A DNA stretch of 64,000 nt from Octopus vulgaris (taxonomy: Eukaryota): the NCBI GenBank assembly GCA_951406725.2, contig OX597814.1, positions 34,286,001 through 34,350,000 on the forward strand, written 5' to 3'. Each line of letters begins with the position of its first letter. Within the stretch, counting starts at the first letter, position 1. Under the pieces are notes generated by a model, which was given only the letters and a program-made list of their open reading frames with translations, did not search any database and was not told the origin of the DNA. The position numbers were made by a program, and so were the translations under genes. Positions 38,750 to 52,938 of the stretch are shown in pieces.

Positions 38750-39190
38750 AAGATCTACTTAGAGAACATTTTCCTGCAGAGCATAACTACCACAAAATAT
38801 TTAACAAAACTACCGTTATTATTCCTTACGCCAGCACTCCTATATTCGATTAATTTCTTCCTTTTTTTAACCTACAAAAACAAAAACAATGAACGCCCTC
38901 CCACCAAATTATGCAAAAGCACCGGCATCAATAAACACCCATTCTAATAACTGCTTAGCTAAGGAGATTGTCGTCAAGAAAGCAAGTCTAAGACCTATTG
39001 GGAATGACACCCCGACCGGTCAAATGGAGCCTCTTCGCTACATTCATGAATTGAAAAAAGAAAAAAAATCATAAGCAAATCTACAGTCCACAACCGCCAA
39101 TGAAAACAAATCCACTTTAAAGGAAAATGCTATTCTGGAAACATAAACACAAAAATAAAAATGAAAATTGATGTAGACGTGCACTTTCTT
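38750..39190 (+). mobile_element. Penelope-like element fragment (RT-to-GIY-YIG linker and endonuclease)
   Basis: LLREHFPAEHNYHKIFNKTTVIIPYASTP matches the PLE HFP..H.YHKIFN..TVK.SY motif; then NNCLAKEIV and LRYIHELKKEK. Confidence 0.75.
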
Positions 39191-39269
39191 CTCTGACTCA
39201 TATAATGTGTTTGTGTGTGTATGTGTGTGTGCGTGCGTGTGTGTATGTGCATATGTGTGTGTGTGTGTA

Positions 39270-39333
<64 letters not shown>

Positions 39334-39419
39334 TGTATGTATGTATGTATATTAGTGAGTGTGCATGTCACTGCGTGCTCGTACACACACTCACATACGC
39401 ATATATACCTACGCGTGTA

Positions 39420-39457
<38 letters not shown>

Positions 39458-39469
39458 AAATGTTTGCAC

Positions 39470-39506
<37 letters not shown>

Positions 39507-39525
39507 TATACATATATATATATAC

Positions 39526-39581
<56 letters not shown>

Positions 39582-40417
39582 CATATGTGTATATATATAT
39601 ATATATGTATGTGTGTGTATATGTAAATGTATATATCTATCTATACATACACACACACACTCTCTCTCTCTCACACACATATATTTATATATATTTATAT
39701 ACGTATGTGTGTATGTGTGTGTGCACATGTGTATGTGCGTATGTGCATATGTGTGTATATACGGTTACATGCAGAATGTAATCTTTATTCACTCAGGGGT
39801 GTTAAAGTAGGAAGAATTACTGTTTCAACTTCTCTTAACTTTCGCTTCTTCTCAGTTTTATCGTAAAAGCTCTACACAATAACGGTATCGACCTGTTCTT
39901 AGCAATACTTCGCTGGTCAGCCTGCTCTACGGCAAAACATACGATAATGATGTATGTTGCACATGAATAATTTACTCTGTTATTCTCGTCAACGCAGAAC
40001 ACATGCAATATGATACTTCAGAAAGCTAGGCTAGATTTGAGAAGATTATTTATATAGCAATGGGCGTGGATGGTACTTTTTTTGTTAGTGTTATGGGGAG
40101 TGTAATTATACAACACAGATACACGAGTCCCCACAGATACACGCAATTTATGTATGAACACACACACAAACACACAAGAACAAGCAAATATATAAATAAA
40201 CAAACAAACAATAAAAATATATGCATGTGCATTAATACACGAAAATGTTTTGGCGAGGAGGGATAGATTGATAGATAAATAGACTCAGATTGGTGAACTT
40301 GATAAAAGGCTATAATAATAAAGAAGGGAATAATAAATAGAGACAGACTGATAGATACGTACACGATTTTTGTGAGCATCTATGTGTACGATGTACATCT
40401 AAGGAAAATTACACATG

Positions 40418-40451
<34 letters not shown>

Positions 40452-40668
40452 GAATTAGTGAGTAAGTGAGGGAGATAGAGAGAGAGAAAACAGAGGAACG
40501 GATAGAATGTACGTATGTGTGTGTATGTTTAAATATATATATATATTTGTGTGTGTGTGTGTGTGTGTGTGTGCGCATTTGTGTGCATGTATGCATGATT
40601 ATAAAGAGTGTGAGAAAGTTAAAAGGACAGATAGTATGACAAATAGAATGGGTGTGTGTATACATACA

Positions 40669-40727
<59 letters not shown>

Positions 40728-40814
40728 GTATATATATGTTTACTTTTCAAGGAAAAGTGTGGAAATATAAATGATTTAAATAAAATCTTGTGCGTTTGTC
40801 TCCAGTTTCACTTC

Positions 40815-40870
<56 letters not shown>

Positions 40871-40969
40871 TATTTACATACATATAATGTTATAATGTAT
40901 ATATATACATATATATATATAATATATATACATATACATACATATAATGTATATATACATATATACATG

Positions 40970-41022
<53 letters not shown>

Positions 41023-41265
41023 TTTGATAAGATACTTAGATTGGAATAAGTAGATAAATAGAAAGGGACACTGATACTTAATGAGTTAGAATTCGCTCGA
41101 TGCATTGGATTTTTTCACATTAACAAAATAAATCATTCCGCCGGACATAAATGATCGAACGTTAAGTAAAACACCAAGGAAATAAAATTGCATGTAAAAT
41201 CAGGTTAGTGAGGAATTGTAAGAACAAACCAAGTTAAAGGTGATGTCATTGTGAAAACTTGGCAA

Positions 41266-41512
<247 letters not shown>

Positions 41513-42625
41513 ACTTCGAAATAGAAGATGTTATTTAGCCTCAGGGTTAGCTCTGATATTGAAAACATGTAATCTAATGGATTCCAGCCATGAGCATTCA
41601 AGATTTTCTATTCAAGTAGAGTAATTTAAGAATACATTATCCGACATACTTAAACATAGTAGGGTTAATAGAATGAGCTTTGACTGTATTTCAAGCGAAT
41701 TAGTCAACTACATAGATGATCATAGTAGTAGCATTAATAATAGTAGTATTTAAAAGTGTGGTGTTTACCCAGTGGCTTTTCTTTTAAACTGGTATTGTTG
41801 TTTAGCCCCCAATCATAATTTCATTTGTTCAGTGACTAAGACGTCATTACTTAATGTTTTGTTTTTTCATTTTTATGAAGAGATTAAGGCTTAGATTTAT
41901 GGGCCATTTCAGTGTTGTTGTTTTTGGTGTTGTTATGCAATACTATACTATTTCCTAATGCAGTAATCTATATCTCGCAGTTTCTTATTCCACTCACGAA
42001 TAATCTCGGAGTCTCAGTAAAATTCACGGGCACTGTCCTTCCTCTTCTGACTAAGCAACACAAAAGAAAACTATTTTAAGATAATGGTTTCAAGTTTTGG
42101 CATCAGGTCAGTAATTTTTAGGGGAAGGGTAGGTCGGTTACATCGATCTCAGTTCTCAAGTGGTACTTATTTTATCGATCCTGAAAAGGAAGAAGGACAA
42201 AGTTGACCTCGATAATATTGGAACTCAGAACGTAAAGCCGGAAGAAATGCTACTAAGCATTTTGTCCGGCGAGTTAACTATTCTTCCAGCTCGTCACATT
42301 CTAACTAATTATTTCTACTAGAGTTAGAAGGCTTACAATTTGGTGAGAGGGAGCAAGTGGATAACATCGACCCCAGTGTTTAACTGGCACTTATTTTATC
42401 AACCTTTAATGAATGAAACGCAAAGGTGACCTCGGCGGAATTTGAACTCAGAATGTAATGAGCCAGGAGAAAAGCTGCTAAGCATTTTTCTGACGCGCTA
42501 ATGATTCTGCCAACCCGTCTCCTTAACCTTTTTTAAAGATAATAGCTGTGATTAGAAGTAAATCTAGATGTTATGTCAACCACGTCGAGCGACCCATTAA
42601 AAATTTAAAACATTTTTATAACTGA

Positions 42626-43023
42626 CTAGCAGTATCGCCCGGCGTTGCTCGGGTTTGTAAGGGAAATAACTATATAAGCATTTTTAGAGAGTTATAGCCA
42701 AAAAATAGCAAAAAAATGCATAAAAAATGGAAAAAAAAATGATGGTAAATGTTTTTTAAATCGTTGACTCATCGTAGATATTTTTAGAGAGTTACTTCCC
42801 TTATATAATAGCGAAAAAATGCATTAAAATGGAAAAAAATGATGGTAAATTATTTTTAAAATCGTAGACTCATCGTAGACGTACGCTAATACCCAGAAGG
42901 GCTCGATATGAATCACGACTATAAGATACCCGGTTTTGGTTAAACTGCACCGCAAAATGTGGGAGTAGTTAGGAATCTAAATCGTAGGAGACAGACACAC
43001 AATTTCACTTTTATATATAAAGA
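42626..43023 (-). mobile_element. Non-autonomous Helitron, both ends intact
   Basis: Minus strand starts TCTTTATATATAAAAG, ends CCCGAGCAACGCCGGG (subterminal hairpin)...CTAG; inserted between A and T with no TSD; internal duplication of about 100 bp. Confidence 0.88.
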
Positions 43024-43407
43024 TAATTACTACAATATGTGTGAAGGGGTTTATAGAGACTGTTCATTGAAAAGATAATGCATTGACGTGGTTTTCTTTC
43101 CTCATAACTCATCACTTCTCGCTATTTTCCTTGAGTTACACTCTTTGAATCAACTTCTAGCCAACACATTCATTTCCTCTTCTTTCCATTTGTCCTTCGT
43201 ACTTGTATTTCTTTCATTAAATCTGATTACACACACGCACACATACGTACTTGCACACACGAACACGCATATATATATATATATATATATATATGCGCTT
43301 GTGCAAGTGTATATGCAAATGTTCGTTTGTGAGCATGTCTATGCATATATATATATACATACATACATGTACACACTGATTTACATACTATATTCGGGCA
43401 TGTATAA

Positions 43408-43449
<42 letters not shown>

Positions 43450-44286
43450 TTATGTTAATGTAACCAGTGTAATCCGAATGAAACTAGAAATCTCAGGAAC
43501 GAATTGAGTAGAGATAAACGTAAGCGTGTGATGTATAGAAATAATTTAAAAGGAATAGAGTGACACAAAGATACAAAAGGCTAAAAAGTATAAATATTAT
43601 TTAAGAAATAAAGGCGTATCGTTTGCTGGCAGGATTGTTAGCACGCCGGGCGAAATGCTTAGTGGTATTTCGTCTTTCTTTACGTTCTGAGTTCAAATTT
43701 CGCCGAGTTCGACTTTGCCTTTCATTCTTTCGGATTCGATGAAATAAGTATCAGTTGATACTTTCATCACCGGAGTCGATGTAATCGATATATACACCAC
43801 CCACGTACTAGCTGGCCTTGTGCCAAAATTTTAAATGAATAGTATTTGAGGAATAAAGACGGCGTAGTGGCAGAATCGTTAGCACGTCGGTCAAAATTGT
43901 TTAGCATAATTTCATCTGTCTTTATGTTCCGAGTTCAAATTCCGCCGAGGTCAGCTTTGCCTTTCATTCTTTCGGGGTCGAGAAAATAAGTACCTGAAGT
44001 CGATGTAATCGATTTACCCCCTTCCTCAAAATTTCTGGCCTTGTGTCAAAATTTGAAACAAATATTTCAGATATGGAAAAGTTTTCAACGTTTCGGACTT
44101 ACTCCTTTAACTAGAGGAAAAAGAAAAGGGTGCTGGAGCTAAAAATATGATTTTTGCATTTGTATTCTTCTTTCCCTATTATCTATTAATTTCTTTCTCT
44201 TTCTTTCCAAAAGGAAATTTAAGAATGAAACTAATAAGAATAATTTTTATTGTGCCTTTCGTGTCGCTGTGTTTATATTTCCAGTT

Positions 44287-45300
44287 TTGCCAATATGCCG
44301 AAAAAATAGACGCTAAATTGTCTCGCCAGATAAAATATTTTCTCTTGTATTATTACACCACGAGCCGAAACAAGGAAAGCAAGCTAACAGAAATACATAA
44401 AAATATAGTTATCTCTTAATCGGTTCCGATTTTTGGATTAACCTCAAAAGGATTCTTCCTTCATCTGCGAGGAACACAAATGAAAATAAATGAAATACTT
44501 AGACATACCCACGGAAAAAGATGTAAAATCATGAGTACATTTCAGTACCCCAAATATATCTAAAACAAAATTCCGCAGCAAACCTCGGCACATATGTGGT
44601 CGGTCAGGAAATGCGCACAAGTGGTTAACCAGTCGCGGACTGAATGAGAATGAATTTACTTCTAATATAAGGATAACATCTTATTAAAAAATTTAATCAG
44701 TGGCCAGCATATGAAAAATACCTTTTAAGGTGAAAATTATACAGCTATAAATAGGGGAAAAAATTTCTTTGTCAGTATGCTGAAAATAGACGCTAAATTG
44801 TCTCGCCAGATAAAATATTTTCACTTGTATTATTACACCACAAGCTGAAACGAGGAAAGCAAGCTAATAGAAATTCATAAAAATATAGTAATTCCCAAAT
44901 CAGTTCCGGTTTCTGGATTAATCCCAAAAGAATTCTTTCTTCATCAGCTAGGAACACGAAATGAAAATAAATGGAATACTTAGGCATATCCACACGGAAA
45001 AGCAGATGCAAAGTCATGAATACATTTAAGTACCCCAAATATATCCAAAACGAAATTGCGTAGCAAGCCTTGGCACGAGTGTAGTCGGTCAGGAAGCGCA
45101 CGTGCTTCGGCACGTGATATAATACAAGTGAAAATATTTTACGTGGTTAGATGATTTAGCGTCTGTTTTTCAGCATATTGGCAAATAATTTTTTTTCTTT
45201 ATGCTCTTATTTATGATTGTATAATTTCATCTTAAAAGGTATTTTTCATATACTGGCTACCGATAAAACTTTTAAATAAAATTTTATCCTTATATTAGAA
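44287..45300. mobile_element. PLE-type pLTR cluster: direct repeat (period 480 bp) plus an inverted copy
   Basis: 44287-44620 repeats at 44768-45100; 44660-44838 is inverted at 45113-45300; degenerate hammerhead-like motif on the minus strand at 44421-44470 and 44901-44950; related fragment at about 6915-6975. Confidence 0.7.
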
Positions 45301-45329
45301 GAATATATATGCATATATATATATTTATA

Positions 45330-45755
45330 TATTGCTCGTGTTTTCCGTGTTGAAGTTAAGCCCACCTCTGATCTTGTATTGAAATCTTCTACGTTCCCCG
45401 TGCCAACTATTACCCATTAAGATGTTATATCTGGTTCTGCAGGCTGTTGCAGGATGAGTAGATGTGTGGCAGGCGGAAGGAAAATGGTCAGAGCTGGCGA
45501 CGGAGTTTTGGTTAGCTGCAGAAAAATAACATCGTTATGGGAATTTCCATTCAAACGCCCGACTGAGCTCACAGAAATCGATGCCAACTGAGTATTATTG
45601 AATTTTCGAAAAATTACGGCCTTATTTGAACTTCAGGGCATGGGATCTACGTATGTGCCAAAAATCATTAAAATCGGTTGGACGGTGTGGGAAGAGTTAG
45701 AGTAAACCCAAGCACACAGACAGACAGACACCATTACACATTTATGTATATATAT
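45330..45755 (-). mobile_element. Probable Helitron-type non-autonomous fragment (5' end)
   Basis: Minus strand begins TATATACATAAATG...GTCTGTCTGTCTGTGTG...CTAACTCTTCCCACACCGTCCAACCGATTTT, a 5' architecture like the Helitron at 42626-43023; 3' CTAG end not found. Confidence 0.45.
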
Positions 45756-45763
45756 GTATGTGT

Positions 45764-45806
<43 letters not shown>

Positions 45807-47260
45807 GTTAGCACATCGGGCGAAATGCTTAGCGGTATTTCGTCTGTCTTCACGTTCTGGGTTCATATTCCGCCGAGGTCGACTTTGCTCTTCATCCTTA
45901 CGGGGTTGACAAATTAAGTACCAGTGAAACACTGGGGTCGATGTAATCGACTAGTCCCCTCCCCAAAATACCAGGCCTTGTGCCTTTAGTAAAAAGGATG
46001 ATTAATTATACTAGTGTGTGCAGGCTGGATGGTAGAATCGGTATAGAGTACTAATCAAAAATACTTTACAGCGCTTAGATAAATCCTTTCGCGATCTATG
46101 TTCAATTCGGCTTTCCATTTTATCATGTTGATAAAATAATTACGTTTCAGGTTCTGTAGTTTAGTTTTAATGAGAAAACTCCTTCTCCTCAATTTGTTGT
46201 CTCGTTATTCTTCTTTGCATCTTTGTTCTAGATGCTGTTGTTGTTCTCGTTTAGCTCCAGATCAACCTTGATTGGGTAGAAGTATGATGAGAGTGTTCCA
46301 ACTATAATAATATTATGCTTCTTTCCTAGACATGACGTAAGACAATTTATTCTATATGATCTCACATTGTTTTTAAAGAGTAGGTAAGGTGCGGCTAGAG
46401 GAAGATTAAGCTGTCTTACATCTTTAATTATCAGTGATATTTTATCTCTTATCTCGTTTTCTTTTCTCTTGTATTATCATTATTTTAATATATTTTATAT
46501 ATTATATTTAATATATATATATATATCATTATTTTAATATATGGCAGTGAGTTGGCTGAATCTTGAGAATGTCGGACAAAATGAATTACTGTATTTGTTT
46601 CGGCTCTTTACGATCTGAGTTTAAATTTCGTCGAGGTTAGTTTTGCCTTTCAGAATCGGTAAAATAAAGTCTCAGTCAAATATTAGAGCCGATACAATTG
46701 GCTAATGCCGATCTCCAAATTTGTAGGCCTTGTGCCTTTGTTAGAAACAATTTATTATGATACCGGTAAAAGACGGGATGTGATATAAATAGTTGATAGT
46801 TGTACTGAAGGTTTAAAATATTTAGCCTTCGATGTTCTGAATTCAAATCCTATCCTATCCAATAAATTACATCAGCTATATAGTGGATTCAGTTCAGTCG
46901 ACACAGCGCTCTTCAGATTATTGGCTTTGTGCCACATAAATGATTCATTCTCATAACGGATAGAGAAGGTGGAAGGTGACATATAGAAACATAAGAATAT
47001 TGGAGTGAATTATTAACGGTATTTGGTTTTATTCCTTTTCACTCTTAGCTCATATCCTGCAACTGATGATTTTTCATGCCTCGTTTTCTTTGTTATTCCC
47101 TTGTTTAATTTTCTTGAAACTGAGTTTTAATTCTGATGCGTATGTTAATGGGGTTTTATGTTTGAGGCTATCTCTAGTTTTCATTAGATTGGCTATTTCA
47201 GTTGCGTAACTGGTGTTGTATTATTATGTTGCCGTGTGAATTTTGTTTATTAATTTTTTG

Positions 47261-47344
47261 GATGTGCAACAGCGCTGCACAGGGAAAATAACATTAAAAT
47301 TCATAATTTAATTTTGTTTCCCCTGTGCAGCACTGCTGCACATC
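47261..47344. repeat. 84-bp hairpin (38-bp arms, 5 differences)
   Basis: GATGTGCAACAGCGCTGCACAGGGAAAATAACATTAAA / TTTAATTTTGTTTCCCCTGTGCAGCACTGCTGCACATC. Confidence 0.8.
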
Positions 47345-47404
47345 AGCAAATAGACTCTACACTATTTGCATATCGCAATTTGTTTCGAGGTGACTCGAGC
47401 GTAT

Positions 47405-47444
47405 GATACTGAGGAGTTGCAAAATACAGCGAAATATTGATATC
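47405..47444 (+). ncRNA. Hammerhead-like motif, one substitution from consensus
   Basis: GATA CTGAGGA GTTG CAAAATA CAGC GAAA TATTGA TATC: stem I GATA/TATC, stem II GTTG/CAGC; position 16.1 is G rather than U. Confidence 0.5.
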
Positions 47445-47962
47445 TACCGTTTTTGCTCACTTACGAGGCGAGTTTTCTCGCCTGGTTTGAGGTAGTGCTT
47501 TTTAACACTTGGCCTCTTATAGGGACATTTCCCCTGGCGCTATCCCGCAGGTAAGGAATGCCTGAACAAAATCCATATAGTATGTGGTATTGATAACGTT
47601 TATATATATATATATATATGTATGTATATATGCGTATGTGTATATATATATGTGTGTGCTTGTGTGTGGATCTAGCCAGGCTTTTGGCATTGAGGTGTTA
47701 TATTAGTTTTTAGGTGAGCTGTATTGAGGTTGAAGCGTCATTTCCCCAATCATCGTAATGTAAATGTCATGTATGTGGTGAAAGGTTTTAGTTCTATAAA
47801 AGTTTCTGTTGTTCTTGATAGTTTAACGGAAGGCGAAACTGATCGAGGAGATTTGCAACAAGCTTTTCCATTATAATCATACTGCGTTTTTTCCCAAAAT
47901 TGTACCTCCAGAAAACAACTTAATGTGTTCTTCTATTAACATGGAAGGGTATGGTTTGACTT

Positions 47963-48196
47963 AAAGGCGGCGAGCTGGCAGAAACGTTAGCTCGCCGGAC
48001 GAAATGCTTAGCGGTATTTCGTCTGTCTTTACGTTCTGAGTTCGAATTCCGCCGAGGTCGACTTTGCCTTTCATCCTTTCGGGGTCGATAAAATAAGTAC
48101 CAGTTACGCACTGGGGTCGATGTAATCGACTTAATACCTATGTCTGTCCTTGTTTGTCCCCTCTGTGTTTAGCCCCTTGTGGGTAATAAAGAAATA
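47963..48196 (+). mobile_element. Full-length SINE family B with 15-bp TSD
   Basis: TSD GGTATGGTTTGACTT at 47948-47962 and 48197-48211; A-box and B-box (GAGTTCGAATTCC) intact. Confidence 0.93.
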
Positions 48197-49304
48197 GGTA
48201 TGGTTTGACTTGTTCCTTGCACGTTCAGCGGTCACATAGGATTTCTTTCTTTGGCCCCTGGTGCTTCTTGGTACCTATCTGCGTTGGTCGACAATGAAGA
48301 GAATTTATGTTAGCTGGACTTTATTCCTGTTTTCGATGCCAATTAGCTACAGTGTTGATTAGCGTTCATTTTCTTTATTATGTAAGTTAACTCGTGTCGG
48401 CTGTGTTTAATATGATTGTATTCGATGTTGGTGTTAATGATTGTTCTTGCTGGTTCAATTATGAATATATTGTTTTAGTTGTGGTCGATGTTAGTGTTGA
48501 TTATATTTTCTATTGGTTGGTATTTAGGTTCATCTGTGGTTATCTCTATTACGACTACCTTATTTGGTAATCTCATTCAATTACTTTTATGTATTTCCCT
48601 TTAAATCATTATTTTCTCTTATTTCATTATGAAGACTCTATACTTCGCAATTAGTAATTCCGAATTGTATCCAATTCTCTTCATTACGATGAATACCGCG
48701 TGTCCTATGAAGCCCGTTTGATATTCATTCCGTATAAGCAAATTCAAAACTATCATAAAAGGAATATTTTATGACATTGATGTTGCCTCCTCCTCATTCT
48801 TCTTTTTCTCATTATTATTATTATTATCATCATCATTTATTATTAAGGCGGCGAGCCTATGGAGTCGTCAGCACACTGGACAAAATGCTTAGCGGTATTT
48901 CGTCTGACTTTATGCTTTCCGTCTTTTTGGGGGATCGATAAGTACCAGTCAAGTACTGGGGTCGATGAAATTCGACTGCTCCCCACCCCAAAACTCAGAC
49001 CTTGTGCCTATAGGGAAAAAAGTCACCATCGTCATCATCATCATCATCATCGTCGTCGTCGTTGTTGTTGTGTTTGTTGTTGTTGTGTTTGTTGTTGTTA
49101 AGACGGTGAGCTGGTAGAAATGGACAAAATGCCTGGCAGCATTTTTCCTGGCTCTTTAAATTCTAAGTTCAAATTCTGCTGAGGTCGACTTTGCTTTCTA
49201 TTCTTTCAGGGGCGATAAAATAAGCACTTGTTGAGCATTAGGGTCGATGTAACCGACTGTGCCCCTCCTCTAAATTTTCAGGCTTTGTATCTATATTAGA
49301 AATA

Positions 49305-49518
49305 TCCTCCTCCTCCTCGTCCTCGTCCTCCTCCTCGTCCTCGTCCTCGTCGTCCTCCTCCTCTTCGTCCTCGTCCTCGTCTTCCTCCTCCTCGTCTTCC
49401 TCCTCGTCTTCGTCCTCGTCCTCGTCCTCGTCCTCCTCGTCCTCGTCCTCCTCGTCCTCGTCTTCCTCCTCGTCCTCGTCCTCGTCGTCCTCCTTCTCCT
49501 CGTCCTCCTCCTCGTCCT

Positions 49519-49553
<35 letters not shown>

Positions 49554-49580
49554 CTCCTCCTCCTCCTCCTCCCCTCCCCC
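49305..49580. repeat. (TCC/TCG)n trinucleotide low-complexity tract
   Basis: Directly visible; gives the poly-E/D ORF on the minus strand. Confidence 0.9.
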
Positions 49581-49581
49581 A

Positions 49582-49740
49582 CCTGGTTTCCGAGCCTCGA
49601 TTAGGGAGTCACATTGGATTGTAAAATCTCACAGTATCTTATGTTCTTCGTTCTCGGTGACTCCTAGTTCATGTCAGTACCATTTCCATGCCCTGTTCAG
49701 GTCGTGCTTTTCACATAGGCTCCAGTGAACATTCTTGTAG
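49582..49740 (-). mobile_element. R4/Dong-like LINE fragment (region leading into the restriction-like endonuclease)
   Basis: Minus strand KNVHWSLCEKHDLNRAWKWY*HE...VTENEEHKIL*DFTIQCDSLIEARKP matches HW.LC...KWY.H.P..V.EN...KILWDF.IQTD..I.AR.PD. Confidence 0.75.
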
Positions 49741-49805
<65 letters not shown>

Positions 49806-50352
49806 GAGTGAGAGAGCAGTGCATGCCATCAAAGTGACACTGGGGTAAAATATAAGAAGTCCATTATACCCATCATGACTAACCGTCTGATAAGGGTACA
49901 TCAGGCACATGCATCACAACCATGTGTGCGAAACAAGGTGACCTCATATCAATATAAACAGCGCATGACCTTGCACGTAGGGCCCGTTCAAAAGCTACGT
50001 GAATAAGGATTGTTTAAGGATGTTGATTGAAACACCCATGTTTCCAGAGGTGAATTATCCAAACTCCAAAGAATTCTTCTTAGCACATGGTTATGATGTT
50101 CCCCCACTATTTCTGCGCGTGATCAGAGATACACATATCATCAGTCACCAAGGGACATGCTGAAATGGTGAAAGTCAAATAACTGACAAGCACATTTATG
50201 GTAGTGAGTAGAATACTTACTGTAGCACATCTTTTATACCAAGACAAAACAATGTACATGATGACACTTTCAGTTAGTTAAGATGAGAAGCCAAGAGAGC
50301 CACTGTCTGGTACTGCATCAGGGCATTATCATCATCATCATCATCATCCTTA

Positions 50353-50420
<68 letters not shown>

Positions 50421-52852
50421 ACATTTGGTAGTTTCAGGCAAATTTCTACTGCATCACCTGCTACATTCTGTGGTGCTTGGGGTGTGTGCAGCATTGTGTG
50501 TTCTTTTTTGTTGTTGGAGGAGTGCAAACTCTTCCCGGTGTTATATTGCGCCAGTTTGTTTTTTTTATGGGTCTCTTCGCAATCTTTTTTTGTATTAGTG
50601 TTTGTATAGTGTGTTGTGTGCATAATGCGGATTGTGTTCTCTGTTGGGTATTTTCCCTACCCTGCCTGCCTCAGAATTTTTGGATCAAGAATTAGATTGA
50701 GTAGTCATCTGTCAGTTCGCCAGTAAAAACGCCATCAACCTTGATGGACAGCCAAGAAAAAATAAAAAGAAAGAACATTAAACAGTGATTAAAGCAGTAG
50801 ATTGTAAAAGCGACAGAATTCTGGAAAAGATACCTTACTGTATTTAGTTATGTCTACGCTGGGAGTTCAAATCCCACCGGGCTAGCTAATGGCTTTCACC
50901 TTTCGAATGTTGATAAAATGCATTTTCTCTCAAGAACTGGGAATCGATATAGTCGTGTATTTCCTGATCTAGAATTTCTGGCCTTGTATCAATCTTACAA
51001 ATCCAATTCTATCAATCTTTGTTCTTATATTGTCACTATCGCAGTAGCCATTAAAATGACATACATACACAACTACACACATTAATTATGTTCTGTTGAT
51101 AGAAATTTTTACTTTAGAGTTGCTTCTATTGCATAATTCGAATCTATTCTGCATATTCGGTGCCTTTGCCAGCCAGTGTATAGTTTATATACTACCTGTA
51201 TATACTTCACTCTTGCTGATTCCATTCTGTTTCGGAAGTGACACGAATACGTAACAAAGCCGAAATTCGTATCTATCGCTCACGCGGTTATTTCTAGATT
51301 ATTTTCATCTTGCCTATCTCTGAAGCGTGTGTGTGTATGTGTGTGTGTGTGTGCGTGTGTGCGTGTATACACACACACACGTGGCACCTTGGGCAAGTGT
51401 CTTCTACTATAGCTTCGGGCCGACCAAAGCCTTGTGAGTGGATTTGCTAGACGGAAACTGAAAGAAGCCCGTCGTATATATGTATATATGTGTGTATTTG
51501 TGTGTGTTTGTGTGTCTGGGTTTGTCCCCTCCAACATCACTTGACAACCGATGGTGGTGTATTTACGTCCCCGTAACTTAGCGGTTCGGCAAAACAGACC
51601 GATAGAATAAGTACTAGGCTTCCAAAGAATAAGTCCTGGGGTCGATTTGCTCGACTAAAAGGTGGTGCTCCAGCATGGCTGAAGTCAAATGAATGAAACA
51701 AGTAAAAGAGAGAGTAAAGAGTATATATACATCTATCTATATATATATCTATATATAAAACAATACGTTAATAAAGAGTTTTTTTTTCCTGATGAAGGCA
51801 CCAACTTCTAGCGTTTCAACTATACACATACATTAAGTATGTTGTATCGATAGAGATAAATTTTTGTCTGAAAATATATAATGTAAGATAGGCATATAGA
51901 TAGCTAACTGGCTATATATGTGAAAAGAAAGAAGTGAAGACAGACAGTCAGACTGAGAGGAAAAACACAGTAGTCAATTATGTGTAGGTGTAAAGCCAGT
52001 TAATAAGATGAACTCCCTATCTTTCTCTGTTTATAACAGACCCCGACCCTCTAAAAAAGGGACGTAGACTCTAATATAGAGAGATTATATGTAATTTTGA
52101 ACGTCTGAGCATGTGCATCAAAGCTTGCATTTGGAGATAAGGAGTCGAGAGTGCTTGTGGTGATTTGTGAGGAGCGAAATACCTATCTTGAGGAAATCTT
52201 TTTAAGTAATGCTATTTAAATAGCAGCAATGAAAGCGAAGTATCAAAGATAGTTACCCTGTTTTTTTTTCCTCTTCTACAAGGGAAAAAATAATAGTGAA
52301 AGGCGAAGAAATGAATGATGGCGTGAAGAACGTTGATTGTTCCTTCATCACTACTGAGAGGCGTTGAGGAGGCATCGTCATGGTAGCTGCGGTAATTGCA
52401 ATAATAGTGGAGCTGTTTATATGAAGATCGCTCGAAGCATCAGCTGTAACAACCGCAACAACAGCACCAAAAAAACTCAAAAGCATCAAAACCACGCCCG
52501 CAGTTGATACTGATACCAGTAGCACCAAGGGTAACCCTATCAGCACCAATACCAGCTGTAGTTGAAAGAATAGCGAATGTCTCCTCCACTGCCACCAACA
52601 GCACGTAAAGAAGGGATCATAAACATGGGTGTACGACCTGCTAGAAATAACAGCCAAATTTCCCTCAAATCAAATTCAACCGCTGTGAAAAGAGAGAGAG
52701 AGAGACAAAATGGAATACCTGAGGGAAGGACAAGGCAGCCAGAATTAAAAATGCCTTTGATTGTAGGTCTATAACGTTGAGCTGACCTAACTCTTAGCAA
52801 CAACAAGAACAACAACAAGAACAACAAGAACAACAAGAACAACAACAGCAGC

Positions 52853-52938
<86 letters not shown>

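Noticed and set aside
50100-50150. Minus-strand CTGATGA...GAAA inside the 49805-50330 repeat
   Set aside because: Stem II pairing is poor and there is no NUH plus stem I.
51786-51822. CTGATGAAGG...CGTTTC
   Set aside because: The GAAAC element is on the opposite strand to CTGATGA; cannot fold as a hammerhead.
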